From Methanoregula sp. (GTDB lineage Archaea; Halobacteriota; Methanomicrobia; Methanomicrobiales; Methanospirillaceae): a DNA stretch of 64,000 nucleotides. Of this stretch, positions 39,660 through 49,914 are shown one piece after another (the first letter of the stretch is position 1; each line of letters starts with the position of its first letter). The notes beneath the pieces are model-generated. The model ran no database searches and was not told where the DNA came from. It was given only the letters and a program-made list of their open reading frames with translations. The translations under genes were made by a program, and so were the position numbers. The stretch spans positions 30,059 through 94,058 of the forward strand of contig JAJRBZ010000069.1 of the NCBI GenBank assembly GCA_028679185.1, written 5' to 3'.

Positions 39660-41633
39660 ATGGAAATTTCTGAACAATCAACGCCGCAGAATGACGCAGC
39701 ACAAACCGATGACACAACTCATGAAGTTGCACGTACCGAAAGTGTGATAGCAACATCATCCCAGATCGAAGTACCTGAGAAGCTCATTGATCAGGTAATT
39801 GGTCAGGAACACGGGGTCGAAGTCATAAAAAAGGCAGCAATCCAGCGCCGGCATGTCATGATGATTGGAAGCCCGGGAACGGGAAAGTCCATGCTGGCCA
39901 AGGGCATGGCCGAGATTTTACCCAAAGAAGAGCTTCAGGATATCCTTGCATATCCGAATTCTGATGATTCCAACAATCCTGTGATCAGAACGGTGACCGG
40001 GGGGCGGGGCAAGCAGATCGTTGCAGCCCATAAAGCAGAGGCAAAGAAAAAAATCCAGTTCCGGAATACCCTGCTTATGCTCCTTTTAATTGGTATCATC
40101 GGCTATGCATTCCTTACTTACCAGTGGCTTATGGGAATAATAGCCGCCGCATTTGTTTTTATGGCATTACGGTACACTACGCCACGGGAGGAAGCAATGG
40201 TGCCAAAACTCCTCGTTTCCAATGATACCAAAAATATCGCACCCTTTATAGACGGGACAGGATCTCATGCCGGGGCTCTGCTTGGGGATGTACGGCACGA
40301 TCCCTTCCAGAGTGGTGGACTTGAAACCCCTGCACACGACCGGGTTGAAGTGGGGGCAATCCACCGGGCGCACGGCGGCGTGCTCTTCATTGATGAAATC
40401 AACACGCTGGACCCGCACTCACAACAGAACCTGCTCACTGCGCTCCAGGAAGGAGAGTTCCCCATTACCGGTCAGAGTGAACGCTCGAGCGGTGCGATGG
40501 TCAGAACCGAACCTGTTCCCTGCAAATTTGTGATGGTGGCTGCAGGAAATCTTGATGCCATCAAGGGAATGCACCCTGCACTCCGTTCCCGTATCCGCGG
40601 GTATGGGTACGAAGTATATATGGCGGAGAGTATGGAGGACAATGAGGAAAATCGCCGTAAATATGTTCGTTTTATCGCTCAGGAAGTGAAAAATGACGCG
40701 AAGATCCCACACTTCGACCAGAGTGCAATTGATGAAATTATCCGTGAAGCGAAGCGGCGGTCGAACCGGAAAGGGCACCTGACATTAAAATTACGTGATA
40801 TGGGAGGACTGATCCGTGTTGCAGGGGATATTGCACGTCAGGAAAATGCCACCCTGACGACAGCAGTCCATGTAATAACTGCAAAGAAGACCGCACGATC
40901 GATTGAGGATCAGGTATCTGATGAAATTACCCAGCATCTCAGGGAATACGAGATGACCATTGTTGAAGGCACCCGGATAGGACGCGTAAACGGACTTGCA
41001 GTGACTGGCAATGACGCAGGTTCAGTCCTCCCGATAATGGCAGAGGTAACCCCGGCGCAAGGTGAGAGTGGCCAGATCATTGCCACCGGTGTCTCCGGAA
41101 AACGTCAGGAACCCTGGCTGAAAGACGAGGAATCGATTGCCCAGCAATCCATCAAGAATGTCAGTGCATTAATAAAAAAGTTCACGGGAAAAGATATCAA
41201 AAACATGGATGTCCATATCCAGTTTATTGGCACCTATGGTGCAGAAGGAGATTCTGCCTCGATCAGTATTGCTACTGCTGTAATCAGTGCAATTGAGGGA
41301 ATTCCCATACGGCAGGATATCGCTATGACCGGCTCCCTCTCAGTCCGGGGAGACGTGCTTCCTGTCGGTGGAGTGACATATAAAATTGAAGCTGCGGCAA
41401 AAGCAGGTATCAAAACCATACTTATCCCCCGAATGAATATTGGAGATGTACTGATTGAAGAGCGGTACAAACCCCTTGTCACCATCCTGCCCATGGACAC
41501 TATTAATGATGTCCTCAGGTACGCGCTTGTGCCTGAAAACGTTGAGGGTTTCCTCACCAAACTTAAAAAGATGGCAATGAGGTCAACAACAATAATTCCG
41601 GAACTCACTGCAATTAACCAGACGATGGCCTGA
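39660..41633 (+). CDS. lonB: ATP-dependent protease LonB (membrane-anchored, archaeal)
   Basis: [10 protein letters not shown] insertion, LFIDEI, EGDSAS catalytic Ser, PVGGVTYK. Confidence 0.96.
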   Translation: MEISEQSTPQNDAAQTDDTTHEVARTESVIATSSQIEVPEKLIDQVIGQEHGVEVIKKAAIQRRHVMMIGSPGTGKSMLAKGMAEILPKEELQDILAYPNSDDSNNPVIRTVTGGRGKQIVAAHKAEAKKKIQFRNTLLMLLLIGIIGYAFLTYQWLMGIIAAAFVFMALRYTTPREEAMVPKLLVSNDTKNIAPFIDGTGSHAGALLGDVRHDPFQSGGLETPAHDRVEVGAIHRAHGGVLFIDEINTLDPHSQQNLLTALQEGEFPITGQSERSSGAMVRTEPVPCKFVMVAAGNLDAIKGMHPALRSRIRGYGYEVYMAESMEDNEENRRKYVRFIAQEVKNDAKIPHFDQSAIDEIIREAKRRSNRKGHLTLKLRDMGGLIRVAGDIARQENATLTTAVHVITAKKTARSIEDQVSDEITQHLREYEMTIVEGTRIGRVNGLAVTGNDAGSVLPIMAEVTPAQGESGQIIATGVSGKRQEPWLKDEESIAQQSIKNVSALIKKFTGKDIKNMDVHIQFIGTYGAEGDSASISIATAVISAIEGIPIRQDIAMTGSLSVRGDVLPVGGVTYKIEAAAKAGIKTILIPRMNIGDVLIEERYKPLVTILPMDTINDVLRYALVPENVEGFLTKLKKMAMRSTTIIPELTAINQTMA

Positions 41634-41638
41634 ATGCG

Positions 41639-42970
41639 ATGCCCGGAATACACTATTATGACCTGCGACATGTAACCGGGCAGGTCACTCTCATCGATAT
41701 CGATAACGGTGTTGTGGAATCTGCAGGTACATCATTTTTCAATAAAGCTGTGATCAGAGTTCTGAGCAAAACCGGCTGGGGAGTACTCCAGATCGATAAT
41801 TATACTCCCTGTACGGGAAAAAAATTCGAAGCAATTCTCGATGCTGCGTGCAGGCTTGCTAAAATCACCCAGGAACATGTGATCCTTGGGAAAGCTCCCC
41901 ACGGAATTCTTCCCGTGCCGCCCATGAAAGAAGACCCCCGGGATGTGTGCATTGAAGAGAAATCCTCGCTCCTTTCGGGGATTGAGCAGGCAGCCCGGCA
42001 TCCTCTTGTTGTAAACACGAGGGCTAATTTTATTGAAAAAATTGAAAATGTTCACTTTGTGGACAGTTCGGAAAATGAATATTTTTACGAGGTGTGTCGC
42101 TCCGGGTTTAATGTACTGGCAGTTGCTTCAAGGAACGGGAATGTCCAGATGGGATATGAGCGTGAGCATTCAATTCACGGTTTCAATCTCCGTCACAAGC
42201 AGTCCTGCGGAAAAAAAGCTGCTGAAATTGCAACAGCCCTCCTTGATGCCGGAGCTGCAAAAGCCGGAAAAATGCGGGCGGTACTTGACCCGGAATTAGC
42301 TGGTGTATTTGCCCACGAAGCGGTTGGCCATGCAAGTGAAGGTGATCTGGTTAATGAAGGAAACTCGGTTCTGAAGGGAAAAACCGGACAGAAAATCGGG
42401 AATGAGAACCTGACGATTATTGATGATCCCGGGATCCATGAATTCGGCTTTGATCCGGTCGATGCTGAAGGTGTAGCGGTTTGCCGTACAGAAATAATAA
42501 AGAAGGGCGTAATCAATGCATTTCTCCACAACCGCGAAACACTTTCATCTGTGGGGAATGGTATTGCCGGTCACGCCCGTGCCATGCCGGGTGAACCGCC
42601 ACTTGTCCGGATGAGTAATACCTTCATTGAAGCCGGAGATTCGACTGAACATGAGATCTTTGAAGAATGCAGGAATGGAATCTTTCTCAAAGGTTCCCGT
42701 GGTGGTCAGGTCGATCCCGGGAGGGGGATATTCCAGTTCAATGCAGAATATGGTTATCTGATTGAAAACGGGGAGTGTACAACAATGGTCAGGGATGTTT
42801 CATTATCGGGTGAAATCCTCGTAACACTTCATAAAATAATCCTCTGTGGTAATGATCGTACCATGAGTCCCGGGTATTGCGGTAAAGGAGGCCAGAGCGT
42901 TCCGGTGAGCGACGGGGCACCCCATATACTCCTGTATGACGCGGTGGTGGGTGGCAGTGGCGTGGATTGA
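41639..42970 (+). CDS. tldD: TldD metalloprotease subunit
   Basis: FAHEAVGH, RMSNT, CGKGGQSVPVSDGAP. Confidence 0.93.
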   Translation: MPGIHYYDLRHVTGQVTLIDIDNGVVESAGTSFFNKAVIRVLSKTGWGVLQIDNYTPCTGKKFEAILDAACRLAKITQEHVILGKAPHGILPVPPMKEDPRDVCIEEKSSLLSGIEQAARHPLVVNTRANFIEKIENVHFVDSSENEYFYEVCRSGFNVLAVASRNGNVQMGYEREHSIHGFNLRHKQSCGKKAAEIATALLDAGAAKAGKMRAVLDPELAGVFAHEAVGHASEGDLVNEGNSVLKGKTGQKIGNENLTIIDDPGIHEFGFDPVDAEGVAVCRTEIIKKGVINAFLHNRETLSSVGNGIAGHARAMPGEPPLVRMSNTFIEAGDSTEHEIFEECRNGIFLKGSRGGQVDPGRGIFQFNAEYGYLIENGECTTMVRDVSLSGEILVTLHKIILCGNDRTMSPGYCGKGGQSVPVSDGAPHILLYDAVVGGSGVD

Positions 42971-44243
42971 TCAATTACTCAGCGAAGCGCAAAAATCAGT
43001 CGATGAAGCAGAGGTTTTTTTTGTAAAGGGAACCTCAGTCTCTGCCGATCTGAAACAAAGGAAGGTAAATCTTGCCACATTTTCGGAGGACTATGGTCTT
43101 GGCATCCGCACAATCCATAAGGGAAGGATAGGATCATCGAGCACCAACAACCCCGGGCAGTGGCGGGAATGCCTTTTGGCTGCAGTTGCAAGTGGAAAAC
43201 TTGCAACTCCCCAGGAATGGAAAGGACTTCCTGACCCGGTACACCTTTCCCGAACCCCGCTCTCATTTGATGCTTCGATAAGCATTGAACCACAGGTAGT
43301 GATCGAGCTCATCGAAAAGATGCTTGAAGGAGCGGAGGAGCACCCGGCAGATGTTGCTGCCGGTTCGGCATCACTTTCTTCTGGCCGGGTGACACTGGCA
43401 AACAGCAACGGAGTCCGGTATACAAACAAATATACCGGTGTATCTCTCTCTCTGGAAGCGATTCATGGGCAGTCTACCGGCTACGAATTCGATCATTCCT
43501 GTTTCCTGGATAAAGTGGATCCGGTGTCTGTGGGAGAGAAGGCGACATTCTTTGCAATGGAATCAGATAATGGGAAAGAAATCGCCACCGGTGAATACGA
43601 CGTACTCCTTTCACCGCTTGCTTATGGAGAACTTCTTGGGAATGTATTTACACCTGCACTGAGCGGAAGAAATGTGCACGCAGGACGGTCCCGGTTCGCA
43701 CAATCCCTGGGTGAACCTGTTACCGATCTTCAGATTACCATGTATGATGACCCGCTTTTAAAAAAGGCAAATGGGAGTGTGCGGTGGGATGCTGAAGGAA
43801 CACCAACACGACAGGTTGTTTTTATCAGGGACGGAATTCTGGAAACCTTTGCATACGATCTGAAAACAGCGTATCGCTTCGGCAAAACAAGTACCGCAAG
43901 TGCAATCCGGGGTGGATTTGGTGGTTTGCCATCAATAGGGCATCATAATTTTATCGTGGACGGGAAACGGGCCGCAGTTGCTGATGAACGTGTAATATAC
44001 GTACATAATGTCGTCGGTGCTCATACGGCAAACCCAATGAGTGGTGATTTTTCCGTAGAACTTTCTAACGCATTCTGGATGATAGGTGGAGAGTATGAAA
44101 CCCCTATAAGAAGTGCAATGCTTTCAGGAAATGTGTTTGATCTGCATCATACTATCTCGGGCCTGAGTAAAGAATCCCGGGCGATTGGATCTATGATTCT
44201 GCCTTCAATAAGAATAAATAAGCAGCGTATCATTGGTAAATAG
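42957..44243 (+). CDS. pmbA: PmbA/TldE subunit
   Basis: DDP...WDAEGTP, SGDFSVEL, SGNVFD; likely GTG start at 42957 (42951 alternative). Confidence 0.9.
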   Translation: MAWIDQLLSEAQKSVDEAEVFFVKGTSVSADLKQRKVNLATFSEDYGLGIRTIHKGRIGSSSTNNPGQWRECLLAAVASGKLATPQEWKGLPDPVHLSRTPLSFDASISIEPQVVIELIEKMLEGAEEHPADVAAGSASLSSGRVTLANSNGVRYTNKYTGVSLSLEAIHGQSTGYEFDHSCFLDKVDPVSVGEKATFFAMESDNGKEIATGEYDVLLSPLAYGELLGNVFTPALSGRNVHAGRSRFAQSLGEPVTDLQITMYDDPLLKKANGSVRWDAEGTPTRQVVFIRDGILETFAYDLKTAYRFGKTSTASAIRGGFGGLPSIGHHNFIVDGKRAAVADERVIYVHNVVGAHTANPMSGDFSVELSNAFWMIGGEYETPIRSAMLSGNVFDLHHTISGLSKESRAIGSMILPSIRINKQRIIGK

Positions 44244-44252
44244 GTAAAAATT

Positions 44253-44516
44253 ATGAGTGATGTGCTGGTTGCAATACTTCTTGTCGTGGCAATTATCGCA
44301 GTCGTCTATTATCTTGCAAAAAAATTCTCGGTTCTTCTCATAAACGCCATATTAGGAATAATTGTCTTGTTTTTTCTGAATTTTCTCCATGTCATGCAAT
44401 GGATGGGCAAACCCGACCTTGGGTACAGCCTTGCAACAATAATAATATGCGCAGTTGGAGGACTTCCGGGTGTCTGTATTCTTGTTTTGTTAAATATTCT
44501 TGGAATAACACTATAA
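44253..44516 (+). CDS. BofA-like (pro-sigmaK processing inhibitor family) small membrane protein
   Basis: LLINAILGIIVLFFLN...GGLPGVCILVLL pattern; three hydrophobic segments. Confidence 0.75.
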   Translation: MSDVLVAILLVVAIIAVVYYLAKKFSVLLINAILGIIVLFFLNFLHVMQWMGKPDLGYSLATIIICAVGGLPGVCILVLLNILGITL

Positions 44517-44653
44517 GATTTTTTTACCAGACTCAGTCATACTGGCTGCCGTCGGCAGCGATGCACATTACAGAATTGCAGGAAAAATGAAAAACCGGAT
44601 ATGAGATAGAATTAAATAATGTCGCATATATTTCGTAGTGAGGTGATGTGGAT

Positions 44654-44809
44654 ATGTGTACTGTTGGTGGACCCGTAGACATTGATCTCCCCCCGGATCG
44701 AGTGCAGGGGAAAGATTACCGCTGCAACGAATGTGGCGAGGGGTTCAAAGGTATCGGTAAAAAACCCATCTGTCCCAGCTGCCAGTCAGATGATGTGGCT
44801 CTGGCATGA
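44654..44809 (+). CDS. Small CxxC/CPxC zinc-finger protein, 51 aa; absent from ORF track
   Basis: MCTVGGPVDIDLPPDRVQGKDYRCNECGEGFKGIGKKPICPSCQSDDVALA; GAGGTGA RBS upstream; stop overlaps the next ATG (ATGA). Confidence 0.82.
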   Translation: MCTVGGPVDIDLPPDRVQGKDYRCNECGEGFKGIGKKPICPSCQSDDVALA

Positions 44810-45279
44810 ATTACACCCTTGGCGATGAGTTGCTGCTTATCAGGGGAAAGGAATCTTTTTTAGCCGTTGCAAAGGCAGAGGGCGGGTTTGGATTGTGCAT
44901 CGAGACCTCTGAGGATGAATATTGTCAGGGTGTCGAAACAGGTGATCTTGTTGTCGTCTCCGCTCCGGAAGACGGGGCAATCGAGCCTGCCCTGATGCTC
45001 GTTGATCTTGTGAGGACATTCCATCTGCCGCTGCTGGTACTCCCTAAAAACCATCCCGGGTCAAAACGGATTTCCTATGTAATATCTGTCGGACCTGAAA
45101 TTTTTACCAGCTGTTCAATACGGAGAGGGACACACCCGGAACAGCATCTGATATGTTCGAGTGATGAGCTGGCCGGTATCACCCTGAAGAGAAGCAGGCA
45201 GGGTGTCGATATATCCCCCATGCCCGAAGGCATAACCCTCCAGCATGTAAAATTTGAAATAAAAACCGAATTTTCCTGA
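44806..45279 (+). CDS. Hypothetical protein
   Basis: 157-aa ORF coupled to the upstream zinc finger; contains CSIRRGTHPEQHLIC; no family recognised. Confidence 0.75.
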   Translation: MNYTLGDELLLIRGKESFLAVAKAEGGFGLCIETSEDEYCQGVETGDLVVVSAPEDGAIEPALMLVDLVRTFHLPLLVLPKNHPGSKRISYVISVGPEIFTSCSIRRGTHPEQHLICSSDELAGITLKRSRQGVDISPMPEGITLQHVKFEIKTEFS

Positions 45280-45392
45280 ACTGGCCGGGAAATTATATTA
45301 TTTCCTCGTTGAAAATCCGATTTTAGAAGTAAATAACAATACATATATGGTTTTTTTCACAAATTATTACAGTATTGCAAGAGGAGGGTTGG

Positions 45393-45722
45393 ATGAAGAC
45401 TGAGGTCCTACGAGACATCAAAAAAACTGAAGAGGATTACCAAAAAACAATCAGTGCGGCACAGGAAGAGAAAAAGCACAGGCATTCTCAGGCTGAGCTG
45501 GAATCTGATAATCTGATTGCTAAAGCGAAGAGTAATGCTGAACAATATAAAAAGCTGAAGCTGGAGGAAGCACGGCACCAGGCGGCACTTAAGCACGCCG
45601 AAATCATAAAAAGTGGTAATGAACGTGCAGCGGCCATCATGGCAAAAGGAACACCGCACCTTTCAAAGGCAGTGCAGCTGCTGGTAGCGAAGTTCAAGGA
45701 GCAGCTGCATGTTAACGCCTAA
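45393..45722 (+). CDS. atpH: A1Ao ATP synthase subunit H (G-like peripheral stalk)
   Basis: Charged coiled coil; first gene of the operon; ATG 45393 follows GGAGG. Confidence 0.88.
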   Translation: MKTEVLRDIKKTEEDYQKTISAAQEEKKHRHSQAELESDNLIAKAKSNAEQYKKLKLEEARHQAALKHAEIIKSGNERAAAIMAKGTPHLSKAVQLLVAKFKEQLHVNA

Positions 45723-47676
45723 ACAGATGAGCCGTTTGCTTATTGTGGCGTCGAGGGATCAGCTTGACCCTGTAATCAGGGAACTGTACCGCTCCCACCT
45801 GTTCCATATTGAGGATTTCGTTGTTGACGGCCGGGAAGGATATGATGGTTTTTCCATCGGTACTCCGCTCCCCGGTGCAAACGAGGTTTCTGCCGAACTG
45901 GTAAAGGTGCGTACTATCGAGAACACGTTTCTTATCCGGGCATCGGAGACCGAACCAACGGGAAAACACCGCCAAGCCGAGCTGAGATCGACCATCGAAC
46001 AGGAACTGCCCGCGATCGAACGCGAGCTTACGGAGCTCAATGGCAGGAGATCACGGCTTGATGCGATGGTCAAAGACTGCGAACAGAAGATTGCCGAAAT
46101 CCTACCGTTTGCAGAGATCCCGATGGATATGGAGATGTACCGCGGGTATGCAGGGCTCACTGTTCTTGCCGGGTATGTTTCAAAAGAGGTAAACATTCCG
46201 GAGCCTGCCGAGGTGTATATCTCGTCGGGGAAGGCACGGCGTTTTATCGTTGCCGTCTTCAAAAATGAGCGCCGCAGTGACGTGGATCGGGTGCTGCTGG
46301 AGGCAAATTTTAAGGCAGTCTCCATTCCCGTGGAAACGGGGATGCCCCGGGCACGGATCGACGCGTCCAATGAGCAGATTGCACAGGCGAAAGCGGAGAT
46401 CGACCAGATTAACCGGAGACTTGATGAGATCAGGGACCGGCACAGGGAATTTCTGGTCGCATGCGAGGAGATACTGAAAGCGGACATAGAACGGGCGGAA
46501 GCCCCCCTGCGGTTTGCAACGATCGGGCAGACGTTCGTTGCCGAGGGGTGGGTACCGAAAGACAGGGCTGCATCCATGAAGGATGCACTCAACGGTGCAA
46601 CCGGTGGCAGGATATTTGTAACCGAGCTGACGGTTGGCGAGCATGATCCTGTCCCGGTAGAGTATGACAACCCCCCGTTTGCACGTCCGTCTCAGCTGCT
46701 CATGGATACGTACTCGCGACCAAAGTACAACGAACTTGATCCGACAGTCATGGTCTCTATTGTATTTCCTATCTTTTTCGGTCTGATTCTGGGAGATGTG
46801 GGATATGGAGCCCTGCTGCTGGTCCTGTGCCTTGGCCTGCGGAAATTCATAAAAGGAGAAGAAGGCCAGCAGCTGATTGCAGTGCTCAGAAATGCGAGCA
46901 TCTCAAGCATCTTTTTTGGTGTGATTTATTCCGAATTTTTAGGGTTCCCCTGTCCATGGCCGTATATCCTGCCGTCTCGTCACCTTAATATCGGGGCACA
47001 CGCCACGGGGCACGGTCCCAATATTCCGGGCCTGATGATGATGGCTATCTGGATCGGGATCGTGCACATCACGCTGGGCAGGACCCTTTCAATCGTGAAC
47101 CATTCCCGTCAGGATCACGGGTCACACAGGATCAAGACCATCCTTGCAAATGCCGGATGGATCCTGATGATCTGGGGCATCCTTTTCCTGATCTGGTCGA
47201 TGATCCCGATGCCATATATGCCGGATCTCACCGGTCTGCCACCCGTTGTGATGGGGCTGAATGTCGCCGCGTTGATTGGCATTGCGGCACTTGTTGTGGG
47301 ACTTATATGTATTGCACGGGAATCAGCGCTTGAAATCGTTGAGCTTCCCACCATTTTCAGCCATTCACTCTCGTATTCACGTCTGGTCGCGGTTGGTCTC
47401 TCTTCAGTGGCCATCGCGATGGTGGTGAACTATATCGCAATCGGAATGCTTATTGAGCCCCAGCTCGGGAACATTACGCCGATCGGTGTTCTATTTATTA
47501 TCATGGGAGTTTTGGTCTTCCTCATTGGTCATGTGATGAATACCGTGCTGGGTATCATTGGAGGAAGCCTGCATTCCGTCAGGTTGCACTATGTCGAATT
47601 CTTCACCAAGTTCTACAAGGGTGGAGGCATAAAATACAGCCCGTTTGGGTTTAAAAGAAGATTTACGGAGGATTAA
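45709..47676 (+). CDS. atpI: A1Ao ATP synthase subunit I (a)
   Basis: RPKYNELDPT, FFGLILGDVGYG, LSYSRL, RLHYVEFFTKFY. Confidence 0.96.
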   Translation: MLTPKQMSRLLIVASRDQLDPVIRELYRSHLFHIEDFVVDGREGYDGFSIGTPLPGANEVSAELVKVRTIENTFLIRASETEPTGKHRQAELRSTIEQELPAIERELTELNGRRSRLDAMVKDCEQKIAEILPFAEIPMDMEMYRGYAGLTVLAGYVSKEVNIPEPAEVYISSGKARRFIVAVFKNERRSDVDRVLLEANFKAVSIPVETGMPRARIDASNEQIAQAKAEIDQINRRLDEIRDRHREFLVACEEILKADIERAEAPLRFATIGQTFVAEGWVPKDRAASMKDALNGATGGRIFVTELTVGEHDPVPVEYDNPPFARPSQLLMDTYSRPKYNELDPTVMVSIVFPIFFGLILGDVGYGALLLVLCLGLRKFIKGEEGQQLIAVLRNASISSIFFGVIYSEFLGFPCPWPYILPSRHLNIGAHATGHGPNIPGLMMMAIWIGIVHITLGRTLSIVNHSRQDHGSHRIKTILANAGWILMIWGILFLIWSMIPMPYMPDLTGLPPVVMGLNVAALIGIAALVVGLICIARESALEIVELPTIFSHSLSYSRLVAVGLSSVAIAMVVNYIAIGMLIEPQLGNITPIGVLFIIMGVLVFLIGHVMNTVLGIIGGSLHSVRLHYVEFFTKFYKGGGIKYSPFGFKRRFTED

Positions 47677-47679
47677 AGT

Positions 47680-47949
47680 ATGGTAGATGTTGTATCAAAT
47701 GTAACAGCCGTTGAAATGAGCGTTGAAGCGATCAAGGCATCGCAGATTGGGATGAAGGCAATCGCAGCAGCAATTGCAATCTCTACAACTGCTTTTGCCG
47801 CAGCCTGGGCCGAGATGGCGATAGGGTCTGCAGCAGTCGGTGCAACTGCCGAAAACAAGGACATATTCGGGCTTGTCCTGCTGCTCACCGTCATTCCGGA
47901 AACCATCGTCATTTTCGGGCTCGTTGTGGCATTGCTCCTCATATTCTAA
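47680..47949 (+). CDS. atpK: A1Ao ATP synthase subunit K (c), single hairpin
   Basis: Two TM helices, IPETIVIFGLVVA. Confidence 0.95.
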   Translation: MVDVVSNVTAVEMSVEAIKASQIGMKAIAAAIAISTTAFAAAWAEMAIGSAAVGATAENKDIFGLVLLLTVIPETIVIFGLVVALLLIF

Positions 47950-47964
47950 GAGCCGGGGCAGACA

Positions 47965-48543
47965 ATGGGACTGGAAGCCGTTGTTGAAGAGATCAGGGTA
48001 AAGGGCAGAACCGAAGCGGACAGGATCCGTGCAGAGTCAAAGCAGGAAACAGACAACATCCTTGCAGCTGCCGGCAGGACTGCCGGGGAGATCAAACTCG
48101 CTGCAGACGCAGAATCGGCAAAGCAGACCCGGCATATCATTGACCAGGAAGTATCTGCGGCCAACCTGCTTGTCAAACGCGAGCTGTTGAACACGCAGAA
48201 GGCACTTCTGGATAAGGTCTATGAAGCCACCCGCTCGGAAATATCCCGTCTCCCTGAAAGCTTCCATCGGGAAGCCATAAAAAATCTCCTTGCCGAGGTA
48301 AAAAAGGAGGTCTCCCAGGGAAAGATTCAATGCAATGCCCGTGATATTGCGATAGTAAAATCGTTGATTGCCGGGCAGGCAGAATTTTCCGGGTTCACGG
48401 TTGCTGACCCCGTTGAAATTGACGGGGGTATCATTGTTGAAGGTAAGGAAGGAGAGCTGCAGATTGACTACAGTTACCGCACGTTCCTAGACAAAGTGTG
48501 GGAATCAAGGTTGAAGGATGCATCAGATATCCTGTTTAAATAG
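47965..48543 (+). CDS. atpE: A1Ao ATP synthase subunit E
   Basis: MGLEAVVEEI, IDGGIIV...IDYSY. Confidence 0.93.
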   Translation: MGLEAVVEEIRVKGRTEADRIRAESKQETDNILAAAGRTAGEIKLAADAESAKQTRHIIDQEVSAANLLVKRELLNTQKALLDKVYEATRSEISRLPESFHREAIKNLLAEVKKEVSQGKIQCNARDIAIVKSLIAGQAEFSGFTVADPVEIDGGIIVEGKEGELQIDYSYRTFLDKVWESRLKDASDILFK

Positions 48544-48549
48544 GGAGGT

Positions 48550-49611
48550 GTGGACATGGTCGCAATGATGCGTAACCCGGCACCCTACATTTATGTATGT
48601 ACCAGGATGCGCGTGAGAAAAGCGAAGCTCATACCCCATGAGGAGTACATGCGGATGCTCAATATGAGCCTTTCGGAGATTACCCGTATTATCCAGGAAA
48701 CTGAATACAAACAGGAGATCGATGAGCTGGGAACCATTTTTTCGGGGATTGATCTTATCGAAGTTGCCCTGAGCTGGAACCTTGCGAAGGAATATCAGAA
48801 GATCCAGGAGATCACGCCGGGCACCTTAAAACAGTTCACCCAGTCATATCTTCGCCGCTGGGATATCCAGAATATTCTCATTATCCTGCGTGGCAGGATG
48901 CAGGGAGAGAAGTTGGGGAAGATCAAGGAAATCCTGGTCCCTGCAGGCAGTCTTGACCGGGTAATCCTTGACCGTCTTTTGGCAGAAGACAGTCCCGAAA
49001 GGATTGTCGAAGCACTAAAAGGCCACCGGATGTATACGGTTCTTTCAAGAGAGTTGCCTGGTGCCAAGGAAAGCGGATCATTTTCCCGGATGGAAAATGA
49101 GCTCTACAAACAATTCTTCTCAGAGATTATTGCAGAGGCCGAGAGTGGAATCAAGGGAGGCAAACTCTTTCTGGAGTTTATCAGATTCGATATCGACATC
49201 AAGAATGTAAAAACCCTTTTCCGGCTGCGAGCGGACACCTTCGAGGAAGATGCACAGGAGATGTATATTACCGGAGGTGTCCTTTCATCAGCGGATTTTG
49301 TGAACCTGAATCTCATAAAGGACCAGATCGAGTTCATTGATCAGCTCAAGGTAAAGATCCGCCAAAAACCTCTGCTTACCCTCCTTGATGAGTTAAAAAA
49401 TGACAAGACCGGGCGTGATATCGAAATCAAGCTGACACGTGTCCAGCTTGAACAGATGGAGCGTTTATCTAAACGTCATCCTTTCTCCATTCATCCAATC
49501 CTCGTCTATCTGGAGAAGAAGAAGTATGAGGTGTTCAACCTCAGGGCGCTCACCAGAGGAAAGGAGTCAAAACTCCCGGAAGAGAAAATATCGGAATACC
49601 TGGTGGTGTAA
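48550..49611 (+). CDS. atpC: A1Ao ATP synthase subunit C
   Basis: YVCTRMRVRKAKL, WDIQNI, EVFNLRAL. Confidence 0.94.
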   Translation: MDMVAMMRNPAPYIYVCTRMRVRKAKLIPHEEYMRMLNMSLSEITRIIQETEYKQEIDELGTIFSGIDLIEVALSWNLAKEYQKIQEITPGTLKQFTQSYLRRWDIQNILIILRGRMQGEKLGKIKEILVPAGSLDRVILDRLLAEDSPERIVEALKGHRMYTVLSRELPGAKESGSFSRMENELYKQFFSEIIAEAESGIKGGKLFLEFIRFDIDIKNVKTLFRLRADTFEEDAQEMYITGGVLSSADFVNLNLIKDQIEFIDQLKVKIRQKPLLTLLDELKNDKTGRDIEIKLTRVQLEQMERLSKRHPFSIHPILVYLEKKKYEVFNLRALTRGKESKLPEEKISEYLVV

Positions 49612-49914
49612 ATGGAAATTGCAGTCATCGGCAACAGTGAGTTCATTCTCGGGTTCCGTCTTGCGGGCATTCGTAAAACATATGCGGCCGAGAATGACGA
49701 AAAACGCGTTGAATACATCACCAATGTACTACAGGACGGGCAGGTCGGCATTCTCGTCCTCAACAGCAGCGATATGGAAAAAATTCCCCGCAGGCTAAGA
49801 GCCACTCTGGAAAATTCTGTCAAGCCGACTGTGATAGCCATTGGTGCTGAGGAAGGGGGATTATCGATGCGAGAGCGAATTAAAAGATCGGTGGGTGTAG
49901 ATCTGTGGAAGTAA
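49612..49914 (+). CDS. atpF: A1Ao ATP synthase subunit F
   Basis: [28 protein letters not shown]. Confidence 0.95.
   Translation: MEIAVIGNSEFILGFRLAGIRKTYAAENDEKRVEYITNVLQDGQVGILVLNSSDMEKIPRRLRATLENSVKPTVIAIGAEEGGLSMRERIKRSVGVDLWK

Noticed and set aside
45709-47676. Locally GC-rich atpI suggesting foreign origin
   Set aside because: Spot counts vary (32-37 G+C per 60 nt), the gene is an integral member of a canonical operon, and there is no junction evidence
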